A stretch of 64,000 bases of DNA. Source: Candidatus Gottesmanbacteria bacterium. Its GTDB lineage: Bacteria; Patescibacteriota; Microgenomatia; UBA10105; UBA927. Below, piece by piece: positions 25,162 through 34,220 of this stretch. The notes under the pieces were generated by a model. That model was not told the DNA's origin. It worked only from the letters and a program-made list of their open reading frames with translations, and did no database searches. The DNA lies in NCBI GenBank assembly GCA_043798445.1, contig JAZDOQ010000027.1:1265-65264 (forward strand). Direction: 5' to 3'. Position numbers and translations under genes: made by a program. Position 1 is the first letter of the stretch. Each line of letters starts with the position of its first letter.

Positions 25162-26871
25162 ATGAAATATGTATTTCATTTCATTTCCGTTTTGTTTTTT
25201 TGTTTATTAGTCTTTTCCCCATTAAAGAATATATATGCGCAATCATGTGATTCTTCTTGTGCAAATACGATTGAATGTCAACAAAAGATTGCAAAGTGCC
25301 AGGAAGCATGGGATCAGATGGAAGCAGCAAAAAAACCCCACGTTGATACGCTTCGTAAGATGGAAGCAGATATCGCTGCGTTTTTAAATCGCATCAAAAT
25401 CATCGAAGCGGAGATGGTTAAAAAAGCAGCTGCAATTATTGAAGGAGAAAAGGAATTGGGATCACTTCTTGTTGTTGCAAATCGAAGAATCCGTTCTTTT
25501 TACATGCGGTCTTCAAATACTAATCTCATTGCGGTATTACTTTCTTCTTCTGATGTTGGGACTGCGCTTCGAAGTTATGGCTATCAACAGGCCGTGACAA
25601 ATGAAGATAAGCGGGTGATTACGCAAACAGCGGTGATGGTAAAAGATCTGGAAAATAAAAAGAAAAAACTTGAAGGTGAACGCATAACGCTTGCGAGTAT
25701 GAAAGAAGATGTGGATAGGCGGGCAATATCCGTACGGAAGCTTGTCGGTGATGCAAACGCGTATCAATCAAAACTGTCTACCACAATTGCTAGTTTAACC
25801 GCATTGCAAGTGGCTATTTTGAATGCTAAAACAGGTACGTTTCAAACAAGCGTAGGCGATGTTCCACTTGCTGATGATGCCGCGAGCAGACCGGATTATA
25901 ATCCCGGGTTTTCTCCAGCGTTCGCAGCGTTTTCTTTTGGCGCACCGCACTATAGGGGGATGAGTCAATATGGAGCATTTGGAAGAGCAAAGCAGGATCA
26001 AAACTATGAAACGATTTTGCGGGCATACTATGGTGGAGGGATTGAAATTAGAGATCATAATCCAGACGCACAAATATCAGTGGACGGATACGGAACATAC
26101 TCTCTTGAAGAATATGCAAAACGGATTTATGAAATGCCTGGCTCATGGGGTGATGAGGGTGGGATGGAAGCGTTGAAAGCGCAAGCAATCGCGGCAAGAA
26201 GTTATGCGCTAGCTCGCGGCGGTTCTATTTGTGCCACAGAGAGTTGTCAGGTGTTTAAGCCTGAGCCTAAAGGTGGAAATTGGGAAAAAGCAGTGAATGA
26301 CACGAGAGGGAAGGTTGTGTACGCAAACGGGTCTCCATTTTCGACATGGTATGCTTCCACGAGCGGTGGATACCAAGAATCGTATAGTGCTAATGGGTAT
26401 TCAACTCCTGGTTTTTGGGATACGCAGAATGGTCGAGCGGGCTGGACAAGTCAAGCGTACGAAAAAATAGGTGGAAGTCCATGGTTTTATAAAGCATGGT
26501 ACAAAAATAGAGCAGGTGATAGTTGTGGAAGAAGCCATCCGTGGTTAACAAGTGAGGAGATGGCAGACATTCTAAATGCATGGGTAGTTTTATACCAAGG
26601 TGGTGGTGACAGCTCCAGGGTGACGCCAACATCATCATGTTGGGGTGGAAATCCGTACTCAATGTCAGAACTTCGATCTATTGGAGGATACACAAACGTT
26701 TCAGGAGTATCAGTGACGTATTCAGAAGCAGGGGTAACCTCGACAGTCACGTTTCAAACGAATAAAGGAAGCGTTCCCATTACAGGTGCTGATTTTAAGA
26801 AAGCATTTAATCTTCGTGCTCCAGGCCGCGTTTCACTGATGAGTGGCTTGTTTAATATTGAGCGGAAGTAG
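25162..26871 (+). CDS. secreted coiled-coil protein with C-terminal SpoIID/LytB-like domain
   Basis: Signal peptide plus ~230 aa coiled coil. GAPHYRGMSQYGAFGRAKQDQNYETILRAYYGG matches the SpoIID/LytB signature. Confidence 0.6.
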   Translation: MKYVFHFISVLFFCLLVFSPLKNIYAQSCDSSCANTIECQQKIAKCQEAWDQMEAAKKPHVDTLRKMEADIAAFLNRIKIIEAEMVKKAAAIIEGEKELGSLLVVANRRIRSFYMRSSNTNLIAVLLSSSDVGTALRSYGYQQAVTNEDKRVITQTAVMVKDLENKKKKLEGERITLASMKEDVDRRAISVRKLVGDANAYQSKLSTTIASLTALQVAILNAKTGTFQTSVGDVPLADDAASRPDYNPGFSPAFAAFSFGAPHYRGMSQYGAFGRAKQDQNYETILRAYYGGGIEIRDHNPDAQISVDGYGTYSLEEYAKRIYEMPGSWGDEGGMEALKAQAIAARSYALARGGSICATESCQVFKPEPKGGNWEKAVNDTRGKVVYANGSPFSTWYASTSGGYQESYSANGYSTPGFWDTQNGRAGWTSQAYEKIGGSPWFYKAWYKNRAGDSCGRSHPWLTSEEMADILNAWVVLYQGGGDSSRVTPTSSCWGGNPYSMSELRSIGGYTNVSGVSVTYSEAGVTSTVTFQTNKGSVPITGADFKKAFNLRAPGRVSLMSGLFNIERK

Positions 26872-26883
26872 TACAATCAAAGC

Positions 26884-27513
26884 ATGCCGACGCTATTTGT
26901 CAAACAAGCGCCAGAAGAATCTGCGACAAACACGAGCGTACAAAAACAGACGCCCATGAATATATTTACCGCTTTTGCCAGAAGTCCAAAACACCTCAGG
27001 TTTGAAACACAGGAAAAAGATGAAGTGGTCATTCTATTTTTGCGTCAACATCTCATTACCCTTATCCCGTGGTTTATTGTTGGAGCAGTTATGGTGCTGG
27101 TGCCAACTATTCTTTTTCCGCTCATTATTAAACTGATTTCAACAGCGCTTGCTGTTCCTGTTGGATATATCATTGTCGGAACCGTGTTTTGGTATGTAGC
27201 AACGTTCGGATTTATGATGTCGAAATTTTTGTATTGGTTTTTCAATATATTTATTGTGACCAACGAACGGATTGTTGATATTGATTTTGTGAATCTTCTG
27301 TATAAAGACATTGCTGAGACACAGCTTGAGCGGGTGCAGGATATTTCCTATCAAACGCGCGGTGTGTTGGCAACAATGTTTAATTACGGGAATGTAATGA
27401 TTCAAACCGCCGGTGAAGTACCGAATTTTGCATTTGAGCGTGTTCCTCGACCAAATGAAGTTACTGATATTATTAGCGACACAGCAAAGCTAATAAATAA
27501 AAAGGCAGTATGA
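26884..27513 (+). CDS. membrane-flanked bacterial PH-domain (DUF304/bPH_2-like) protein
   Basis: Two TM helices followed by the soluble domain NERIVDIDFVNLLYKDIAETQLERVQDISYQTRGVLATMFNYGNVMIQTAG. Confidence 0.45.
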   Translation: MPTLFVKQAPEESATNTSVQKQTPMNIFTAFARSPKHLRFETQEKDEVVILFLRQHLITLIPWFIVGAVMVLVPTILFPLIIKLISTALAVPVGYIIVGTVFWYVATFGFMMSKFLYWFFNIFIVTNERIVDIDFVNLLYKDIAETQLERVQDISYQTRGVLATMFNYGNVMIQTAGEVPNFAFERVPRPNEVTDIISDTAKLINKKAV

Positions 27514-27731
27514 ATCCGAACCAATACACAACCATAGGGTTCTTGATTACAAAAGTATTAACGATTATCGCGTTATTGCTGTATACAATCTATGCAGGAA
27601 TTATGTATAGACAAGAACATCTTATGTCAAAAGTATTGGCTGAAACGTCCGAAGCAGTGTTACGCATCCTCGTTATTGTTCATTTTTGTGCCGCACTTTT
27701 TGTGGTGCTGCTTGCCATTATTTTACTGTAA
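27510..27731 (+). CDS. small two-helix membrane protein
   Basis: 73 aa, two hydrophobic helices, 4-nt overlap with the upstream gene. Confidence 0.3.
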   Translation: MNPNQYTTIGFLITKVLTIIALLLYTIYAGIMYRQEHLMSKVLAETSEAVLRILVIVHFCAALFVVLLAIILL

Positions 27732-27743
27732 ACCGTTCAAAAC

Positions 27744-29552
27744 GTGATACCATGGAACTGTATGCAGATTCTCTCATCCGTGGGTTCAGTTGTCGGAAAC
27801 AATTCCTCTGTTCATTGGGCACAAACCATTAAAAATCCCCATGTCTACGGCATTATCGAAGCGATAGATGCCGCAAGCATCGCACAAACTATCGGCATGC
27901 AGGCAATTAGTAAAATAACGCAGCGTGCGAACCGATCCGTCGTGAGTCTTCGCGATCTTGAAGAGGTGGCAGATGAAGGAATGCATGAGGGCATCAGATC
28001 AATTGCGCTCATTGTCCCCGTTGGTACAACGCTCTATGTTGTTGTTCGTGGATCAGGCATGGTGTACTTAAAACGGAATGGACAATATGCACGACTTCTT
28101 GATCACGAAGGAAGTATATCTGGAGAAGGAAAAGAAGGAGACGTTGTCCTGTTGGTTTCAGATGCGTGTAAAAACACTGTATCGGAATCCGAGATGATGG
28201 GAATATTTGATCACTTGTCAGCGGTGGAAGCGGCAGAAAAGTTTGCATTACTTCTCAATGGAAAAACAGATTCAGCCGGGTGTGTAGCACTATTGTTTGA
28301 AGTGATGAAACATGTTCCTTATGAGTCCGTACAACAGCCTGTAATCGATCCGACGCATGCGGGAAAAATTGGACGATTCTTACGGGCAAGACCTCAAGAC
28401 AAAGCGCAAACCATTAAACGCCACGCATTGGTGTGGGGAAGAAGACTTAAAAATCCAAAAGTAAGTGTGACCATGCTTCTCATTGTGTTATTTGTTGCAA
28501 GCGTATTATTTGGGATTAACAAAGAATTTTCTATGAAAAGTGATCAACAAGTGACTTCTGTTATGAAGGAAACTGAGCGTGTGTATGAAGAAGGCATGGC
28601 GCTCATGGAACTCAATCCCGTGAAAGGGAGAGAGCGATTGGCAGCTGCAAAGACACTCCTTGCTCCCATAAAAGAAATTATTACGTCAAAAACAAAAGAT
28701 GGCCGTCGCGTGCTTGAACTATTTGGTCAGATTGAAGACTCGCTCACGCAGGCCATGCATGCATACACGGATGAACCAACACTTTTTTATGATGCAGCAC
28801 TGTTAAAAAGCGGCGGAACGATCACGTATATGGCAGCAGCAGAAGATATGATTATTTTGGGAGACACCAAAGAAAAAGCAGTATATAGTTTGGCAATCCC
28901 CGGGAAAACAGGGCAAATTGTTGCAGGTGGTAGCGGGTATGAGATGACACAAGCGGTAGCTATTCGCGGAGGAGTAGGATACGCATTGTTGTCAGAAGGA
29001 ATAAACGAAATATCACTTGATGATAAAAAAGCAAAACAAAACGTCATAAAGAAAAGCAACGATTGGGGACGAATAGCGCCGATGGTTTCATTTGGTGGAA
29101 ACATATATTTACTTGATGTGGAAAAAGGGAGGATCTGGAAATATGTTGCAACCGAAACAGGGTTTTCAGATATTCGTGAGTATTTAAATCCGGATACACT
29201 TCCTGATTTGTCAAAAGCAACCAGTATGGCAATAGATGGATCAGTGTGGATAGGAACAACAGATGGAAAAATTATACGGTTTACTCAAGGAAGAGAGAAT
29301 ACATTTGTTCCAAAAGGTGTTGATCCGGCATTTGGATCACAATTAATTGTGTATACGAGTGACATTGTAAACAATGTATATGTACTTGATGTGCAAAATA
29401 AACGGGTGGTTGTCCTCGATAAAGATGGAATATATCTGTCCCAATATTCATGGAAAAGTGATAGTGTTCCTACTAATTTGGTAGTTTCTGAAAAACACGG
29501 TAAAATATTTCTTCTTGCCGGAGGGGCGATCTATAGTATTGATCTTAAATAG
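27744..29552 (+). CDS. hypothetical membrane protein; N-terminal domain with weak PPM/SpoIIE-phosphatase-like traits, central TM helix, C-terminal repeats (beta-propeller-like)
   Basis: GTTLYVVVRGSGMVYLKRNGQYARLLDHEGSISGEGKEGDVVLLVSDA resembles the C-terminal half of PP2C/SpoIIE domains. TM helix VTMLLIVLFVASVLFGI. Repeats GNIYLLDVEKGRIWKY / NVYVLDVQNKRVVVLDKDGIYL. Confidence 0.3.
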   Translation: MIPWNCMQILSSVGSVVGNNSSVHWAQTIKNPHVYGIIEAIDAASIAQTIGMQAISKITQRANRSVVSLRDLEEVADEGMHEGIRSIALIVPVGTTLYVVVRGSGMVYLKRNGQYARLLDHEGSISGEGKEGDVVLLVSDACKNTVSESEMMGIFDHLSAVEAAEKFALLLNGKTDSAGCVALLFEVMKHVPYESVQQPVIDPTHAGKIGRFLRARPQDKAQTIKRHALVWGRRLKNPKVSVTMLLIVLFVASVLFGINKEFSMKSDQQVTSVMKETERVYEEGMALMELNPVKGRERLAAAKTLLAPIKEIITSKTKDGRRVLELFGQIEDSLTQAMHAYTDEPTLFYDAALLKSGGTITYMAAAEDMIILGDTKEKAVYSLAIPGKTGQIVAGGSGYEMTQAVAIRGGVGYALLSEGINEISLDDKKAKQNVIKKSNDWGRIAPMVSFGGNIYLLDVEKGRIWKYVATETGFSDIREYLNPDTLPDLSKATSMAIDGSVWIGTTDGKIIRFTQGRENTFVPKGVDPAFGSQLIVYTSDIVNNVYVLDVQNKRVVVLDKDGIYLSQYSWKSDSVPTNLVVSEKHGKIFLLAGGAIYSIDLK

Positions 29553-29560
29553 GCATAGAT

Positions 29561-30004
29561 ATGAAAATTATCAACCGAAAAGCACCATTTGAATATACCA
29601 TTGTGGACCGGATAGAAGCCGGTATTGCTCTTGCGGGGTCAGAAGTTAAGTCACTTCGACTGGGACATGGAAAATTAGAAGGAGCGTTTGTTAAAATTCT
29701 CAATGGAGAAGCGTATCTTGTGAATGCTGAAATCACAATGTATCCGTACGCACGTCCAAATGGGTATGACCCAAAACGGACAAGGAAGCTTCTTTTGCAC
29801 AAAAAAGAGCTCATTTCTCTTCAAAGCAAGCTAGAAAGCGCCAAATTGACCTTAATACCTCTTTCTTGGTATACTAAAGGCCCACAAATGAAGCTTGAGA
29901 TAGGGCTTGCGCGTGGGAAGAAACAGTACGAGAAACGGGAAATAAAGAAAAAGAAAGACTTACAGCGAGAACTAGAGGTGGATTTTCGGGGGAAGATTAA
30001 ATAA
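29561..30004 (+). CDS. smpB: SsrA-binding protein
   Basis: FEYTIVDRIEAGIALAGSEVKSLR...LLLHKKELISLQSK; 147 aa. Confidence 0.85.
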   Translation: MKIINRKAPFEYTIVDRIEAGIALAGSEVKSLRLGHGKLEGAFVKILNGEAYLVNAEITMYPYARPNGYDPKRTRKLLLHKKELISLQSKLESAKLTLIPLSWYTKGPQMKLEIGLARGKKQYEKREIKKKKDLQRELEVDFRGKIK

Positions 30005-30009
30005 GGATT

Positions 30010-30394
30010 GGGGATGTACGATTCGACAGTTTGATGCTCTTTAACACTGCAGGTCGACTTTGATATTTGGTCGTTAACTAATTATCAAAAAAATACATGC
30101 TGATAACGATGAGTTAGAAGCAGCCCGATATGCTCCGGCTTGGGCCGCGCGAGCAGCTTACGCTTACGCATAAAGGGACGCCGTAATCGCATTCGCTTTG
30201 GTGATGTCTACGGTGTAAAAACAGCCGAAGTGCAATTTTTCTGGTTTGATGTTCCAGATAAACAAAGTTTAATACATCTTGATCCGCCGGATCTTGTCAA
30301 TTCGGTTGAGGGCGGATGACAATTGTTGATTGACTACACCTGTAGATGTGTTTGGAATGTCAGATTGGACCCGGGCTCACCCCCGGCATCTCCA
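30010..30394 (+). ncRNA. ssrA: tmRNA (ssrA)
   Basis: Starts 6 nt after smpB with GGGGATGTACGATTCGACAG (the conserved GGGG...GATTCGAC tmRNA 5' end). The 3' end CATCTCC-A pairs with 5' GGGGATG, including a G3:U wobble. T-arm CCGGG/CCCGG. An in-frame candidate tag ORF ends ...AARAAYAYA-TAA. Confidence 0.75.
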
Positions 30395-30401
30395 CAACTG
30401 T

Positions 30402-30425
30402 TGCCGTTCCGCATAGCGGACGGCT
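30402..30425 (+). terminator. hairpin GCCGTTCCGC-ATAG-CGGACGGC downstream of tmRNA
   Basis: Imperfect 9-bp stem; the following tract is not T-rich, so it may be a processing structure rather than an intrinsic terminator. Confidence 0.3.
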
Positions 30426-30464
30426 TACAGATGTGGATGCCCAGAAAGGGCGCCACGTATTTTT

Positions 30465-31151
30465 ATGTCTCTTCTTGATATTATCTACCCAAAAATTTGC
30501 TTAGGGTGTGGAAAACTTGGCACATATTGTTGTTCCCATTGTCTGGAATCAATGCCGAAATTGCCATACTTAAAATGCCCGGAATGTGAACGACCGGCCA
30601 TTGATGGAAAAACACACCCACGTTGTCAAAAACAATTTGGCATAGACGGAGTGATCAGTTTATATCCATACGCAGGAATAGTAAAAAAGGCAATTAAAGG
30701 CATTAAATACCGGTTTGCGTTTCGTATTATTGAAGATTTGTTTCGAGTAATTCCGGAAGAACAGTTGCTATTATTGAAGAATATAGGAAGTAAAAAAAAT
30801 ATTTGTTTTATCCCCATCCCGCTTCATGCGTCACGACAAAGATTGCGGGGATTTAATCAAGCAGAAATTATTGCCAATACCTTCTCTAAGATAGTATTTA
30901 TACCGACTCAAACAGATGTGTTGGAGCGAATTCAAAAAACACCTCCGCAGGTTGAGATGAAACACCGTCAGGATAGAATACAAAACATGAAACAAGTATT
31001 TTCTGTGAAAAAAAACAACATAGAAATATGTGGTTTCTCCATATTTCTTGTTGATGATGTTTACACAACTGGTTCAACAATGAAAAGCGCTGCAGAAGTG
31101 TTAAAGCGAGCGGGTGCTCATTTTGTCTTTGGGATAACGATTGCGCAATAA
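30465..31151 (+). CDS. comF: ComF/ComFC family phosphoribosyltransferase-domain protein
   Basis: N-terminal Cys4 zinc-finger-like motif CLGCGKLGTYCCSHCL...CPECERP, and PRTase motif LVDDVYTTGSTMKSAAEVL at the C-terminus. Confidence 0.75.
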   Translation: MSLLDIIYPKICLGCGKLGTYCCSHCLESMPKLPYLKCPECERPAIDGKTHPRCQKQFGIDGVISLYPYAGIVKKAIKGIKYRFAFRIIEDLFRVIPEEQLLLLKNIGSKKNICFIPIPLHASRQRLRGFNQAEIIANTFSKIVFIPTQTDVLERIQKTPPQVEMKHRQDRIQNMKQVFSVKKNNIEICGFSIFLVDDVYTTGSTMKSAAEVLKRAGAHFVFGITIAQ

Positions 31152-31161
31152 TAAATTGCTG

Positions 31162-31542
31162 TTAGGCAACATCAATTTTCCAAAGCCCGTGAATATTACA
31201 AAACTCTCTGATGATTAGTGATCCGTCCACAAGCGGAAAGTCCGCTTCCGGTTTTTCTCCAGGTGATAAATAGACGCGGTATGTTCGTTTTTCCGCAATA
31301 AGCTCTATCCATTCAATAAAATGTGCGTCTTCCATTGGATGAGGTATTGATCCGATTGCAATATGAATGCCTTGCGCTGTTTTTGTCACGACTGGAACAT
31401 GTTTTTCTTGACCCATATCGCTTGTTTTTTCAGGCACAAGGAGTGGTTTGTGACATACTTCTGGAAGTTCATTCCCTGGCCGCAATATCTCAACGAGATT
31501 GTTGCAAACCAAACATTGATAAATTTGATGTAGTTTATTCAT
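31162..31542 (-). CDS. dfx: desulfoferrodoxin / superoxide reductase (2Fe-SOR)
   Basis: N-terminal desulforedoxin-like YQCLVCNNLVEI...EVCHKPL, and the SOR centre motif EKHVPVV with downstream His ligands. The start was set to MNKLHQIY (ATG 31540-31542). Confidence 0.75.
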   Translation of the reverse strand: MNKLHQIYQCLVCNNLVEILRPGNELPEVCHKPLLVPEKTSDMGQEKHVPVVTKTAQGIHIAIGSIPHPMEDAHFIEWIELIAEKRTYRVYLSPGEKPEADFPLVDGSLIIREFCNIHGLWKIDVA

Positions 31543-31611
31543 GTGCAGTCCTCCTATTACAGGAGAGTGTAACAGAAACATAAAATAAGTACATAGTCGC
31601 CAGAACGCCGT

Positions 31612-31626
31612 CTCTCTTGGTATAAT
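31612..31626 (+). promoter_or_regulatory. extended -10 promoter element TGGTATAAT upstream of tRNA-Ser(GCT)
   Basis: TCTCTTGGTATAATG about 20 nt before the tRNA 5' end. Confidence 0.4.
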
Positions 31627-31645
31627 GAAAGCCGAAGTTTATATA

Positions 31646-31730
31646 GGAGGGTGACTCAAACGGCTAAGAGACAAGTTTGCTAAACTTGCATCGCGCAAGC
31701 GGTGAGTGGGTTCGACTCCCACACCCTCCG
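31646..31730 (+). tRNA. tRNA-Ser (anticodon GCT)
   Basis: Acceptor GGAGGGT/ACCCTCC, anticodon loop TTGCTAA, long variable arm, T-arm GTGGGTTCGACTCCCAC. Confidence 0.8.
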
Positions 31731-31770
31731 CATTGAAATATCTTACCAAGTGTAGCGAGGTTAGAGATTT

Positions 31771-31866
31771 CAATGCTCAGAACGCGAATAGCGATTCTGA
31801 GAGTCCTTGAAAATTTTCGAGTTTAGAAATGACAATGCTCAGAAGGTGTTAGCAATTCTGAGTGTC
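31771..31866 (+). repeat. two copies of a ~35-nt hairpin unit CAATGCTCAGAA-(11-13 nt)-TTCTGAG between the two tRNA-Ser genes
   Basis: CTCAGAA/TTCTGAG perfect 7-bp inverted repeats at 31776-31801 and 31838-31862. Flanking ATTGAAATAT/ATTTCAATG also recurs after both tRNAs. Confidence 0.6.
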
Positions 31867-31876
31867 AATATTTTTT

Positions 31877-31967
31877 GGAGAGGTCGCATAGTTGGTCTAG
31901 TGCGGTAGTCTTGAAAACTACTAGGGGCGCAAGCTCCTCGCGAGTTCGAATCTCGCCCTCTCCGCCA
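31877..31967 (+). tRNA. tRNA-Ser (anticodon TGA), CCA encoded
   Basis: Acceptor GGAGAGG/CCTCTCC, anticodon loop CTTGAAA, long variable arm, T-arm GCGAGTTCGAATCTCGC. Confidence 0.8.
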
Positions 31968-32059
31968 TCACGGACGAACATAAATTTTCAATTGAAATAT
32001 GCGTTTGTAGCGTTACAAAAATACGTTCTGACTTTGAAGTACTGAAAATTTCTTTTAAA

Positions 32060-32092
32060 GCTGACAGACGGCGGGATTAGAACCTAATAAAA
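32060..32092 (+). promoter_or_regulatory. promoter-like motif copy 1: CTGACA-(GACGGCGGGATTAGAAC)-CTAATAAAAT
   Basis: A -35-like hexamer, a 17-nt spacer containing the conserved GGGATTAGAAC, and an AT-rich -10-like box, ~90 nt upstream of the ORF at 32180. Confidence 0.4.
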
Positions 32093-32179
32093 TAGATTGA
32101 TTGTCCAACAATATCAAGACATCGCTTTTTAAGCAACGAAATAGTGGAATAACTGAAAAACAATTAGACTAATTGATTT

Positions 32180-32863
32180 ATGAGAAAAACTCCTCGAACC
32201 CAATATAAAAGTAATCTGGGCGACTTATTCATAGACGTTAAAAAAAATCACGAGATTTTTTGCCTTGTAGACCAAATTTTTCACAAAGAATCACCCTTAA
32301 CAATACTTCTTGAAGGTTCCGCTGATGTTAAAAATATTGAAATACTAGTTGATGTTATTAAGTTTCGCAAAAATCCAAAAGATATCATTGTTCTTATAGA
32401 TATCAATTCTCAATCAATTAAGGAACATAAACAACATATTATCAATAAACGCTTAGTTTCTTCTTGTCAGGCCATGGTCGCCGATATGAACGATCTGCCA
32501 TTTGATGATCACTCAATTGATCTAGTGATAAATTATTTTACTGTTAATTTTAATACATCAGATAGGGATGATGATCAAACGATTGCAGAAATTCAGCGTG
32601 TACTCAAACCAGGAATGTCCGCTTGTTTATTTTCAGTATATGTGTCTGATGAAAGCAATAAAGTTGCTGACAGAGGTTATGCTCATGGTGCTCGGAAAAA
32701 GGATACAACTTTCACATTCCCAGCAGTTTATTATCAATCAGCGTTTAAAAAATATTATTTGAAGTGTGTTAACTTTGCTTTACAGAACGGAACTGATCAA
32801 CAATATCTGTCATATCGTCGTTTTCTTTTAATGTTACAATCACCATCTCCACAAAATATATGA
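32180..32863 (+). CDS. class I SAM-dependent methyltransferase-like protein (divergent)
   Basis: Post-I/II motifs MVADMNDLPFDDHSIDLVINYFTVNF...IAEIQRVLKPGM. The glycine-rich motif I is degenerate. Confidence 0.35.
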   Translation: MRKTPRTQYKSNLGDLFIDVKKNHEIFCLVDQIFHKESPLTILLEGSADVKNIEILVDVIKFRKNPKDIIVLIDINSQSIKEHKQHIINKRLVSSCQAMVADMNDLPFDDHSIDLVINYFTVNFNTSDRDDDQTIAEIQRVLKPGMSACLFSVYVSDESNKVADRGYAHGARKKDTTFTFPAVYYQSAFKKYYLKCVNFALQNGTDQQYLSYRRFLLMLQSPSPQNI

Positions 32864-34134
32864 ATACTCAAGCCTTTATTTCAGATAGTAATACATATCA
32901 TGAATTTCTGGATAGCATCTACCGTGTTGAACAGGGTCAGCAGGCTAAATTTTCTATGCACTCATCCATAACACCTGCAATTTTAGATGAAAAAGAGGCG
33001 AACGGATTTATAAATAGATATGAAATTATTCAACAATATTTAAAAATATCAGAAAAAATCTTTAAAGATAGCTTGTTTGATAATTCTCACAGTAGAATTA
33101 GGGACTTGATTCTTAACGAAGTAAATCCTGATTTCTCCGTCTCGTATCACCGTGAGCTTTATAGTAAAAAAACGAGTACTCCTTATTTTTTTCGAACTGA
33201 CGAAAGTGTACCAGGAAAAATTTCTGAAATTCAGTATGGTGGTTCTCTATGGGGAATGGTTGATGTATTACAACAATCTCTAGAAGTGTTATCTACCTTG
33301 GTAGATATTCCGATTCGGAGTTTTAATCAAGTAAAAATAACTGAAATATTTGCAGAAATTATTAAAGACTTAACAAACAATGATCCATTAATATTTCATC
33401 AAATTGATGAAAGCTCAAATATGTTGGATATGAACTTATTCATCTCACTCTCGAGGAAATATGGTTTGAAGTATTTAGGAAGAGATTATGATGTATCACT
33501 AAATAATGTAAATTTTATTCGAACCCATTCATTTCTAGAAGAAGTAACAAATAGTAATTTTATTGGTTTTTTGGAAAAATATCATAAAGGAACGCTTCTA
33601 TTTGACATATTTCCTAGTGTGCTTTTTTTTCAAAAACTTCCGCTTATGCTCCCATTCTGGGAAGAAACAAAAAATTATTATCCCGATAGTGTTCGTGATA
33701 TTTTTCCATTTAGCTCTTTAGTTGGTGACGATGATGTGATTTTGGAAAGCGGTGCGCATCTAACAATTGATGAATTTGTAAGATTGAAAGCTGGTGAGAG
33801 AAATTATTATTTAAAATATGCAGGTATGAATGGAAATATTAATTGGGGTGCAAAAAGCGTGTATCAATTAAGTAATAGCAGTGTTCAATGTAAAAAACTA
33901 CTTCAAACGGCTGCAGAACAATTTAGAAGAGGACAATACTGGATAATACAGAAGGCGTATCATAAAAAAGAGAGTGTTAGCTATGTGAGTGAAGACAGTG
34001 TTGTCACAAAACCTATGTACACAAAATATAGTGGATTTTACGGTCCAAAAGGATTTATGGGTGGGCACGTAATGACAAGATCGTTTTATAAGGTACATGG
34101 TCAAAACGAAGGTGTTTGTAGACTAATTCTATAA
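32860..34134 (+). CDS. hypothetical protein (424 aa), translationally coupled to the methyltransferase-like gene
   Basis: ATGA start/stop overlap. FRTDESVPGKISEIQYGGSLWG is weakly reminiscent of circularly permuted ATP-grasp/GSP-synthetase-like enzymes. Confidence 0.3.
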   Translation: MNTQAFISDSNTYHEFLDSIYRVEQGQQAKFSMHSSITPAILDEKEANGFINRYEIIQQYLKISEKIFKDSLFDNSHSRIRDLILNEVNPDFSVSYHRELYSKKTSTPYFFRTDESVPGKISEIQYGGSLWGMVDVLQQSLEVLSTLVDIPIRSFNQVKITEIFAEIIKDLTNNDPLIFHQIDESSNMLDMNLFISLSRKYGLKYLGRDYDVSLNNVNFIRTHSFLEEVTNSNFIGFLEKYHKGTLLFDIFPSVLFFQKLPLMLPFWEETKNYYPDSVRDIFPFSSLVGDDDVILESGAHLTIDEFVRLKAGERNYYLKYAGMNGNINWGAKSVYQLSNSSVQCKKLLQTAAEQFRRGQYWIIQKAYHKKESVSYVSEDSVVTKPMYTKYSGFYGPKGFMGGHVMTRSFYKVHGQNEGVCRLIL

Positions 34135-34146
34135 TTTATTCGAAAA

Positions 34147-34176
34147 TAGGTTATAACATTGTCAATGGTTCTCCGC
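34147..34176 (+). repeat. motif B copy 1: TAGGTTATAAC-ATTGTCA-ATGGTTCTCCGC
   Basis: Contains the palindrome GTTATAAC. A second copy is at 37321-37350. Confidence 0.5.
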
Positions 34177-34220
34177 AGAAGTCACTTCAATTTCTTCAGT
34201 GTGTAGTATATACTGACTAT

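Noticed and set aside
31731-31876. Spacer between the two tRNA-Ser genes as a possible CRISPR-like or small-RNA array
   Set aside because: Only two hairpin units are present, spaced irregularly. No repeat-spacer periodicity and no cas genes.
32059-32085. GGGATTAGAACC read as a tRNA fragment (T-arm-like) or pseudo-tRNA
   Set aside because: Neither strand gives a cloverleaf with acceptor pairing; the motif behaves more like a promoter spacer.
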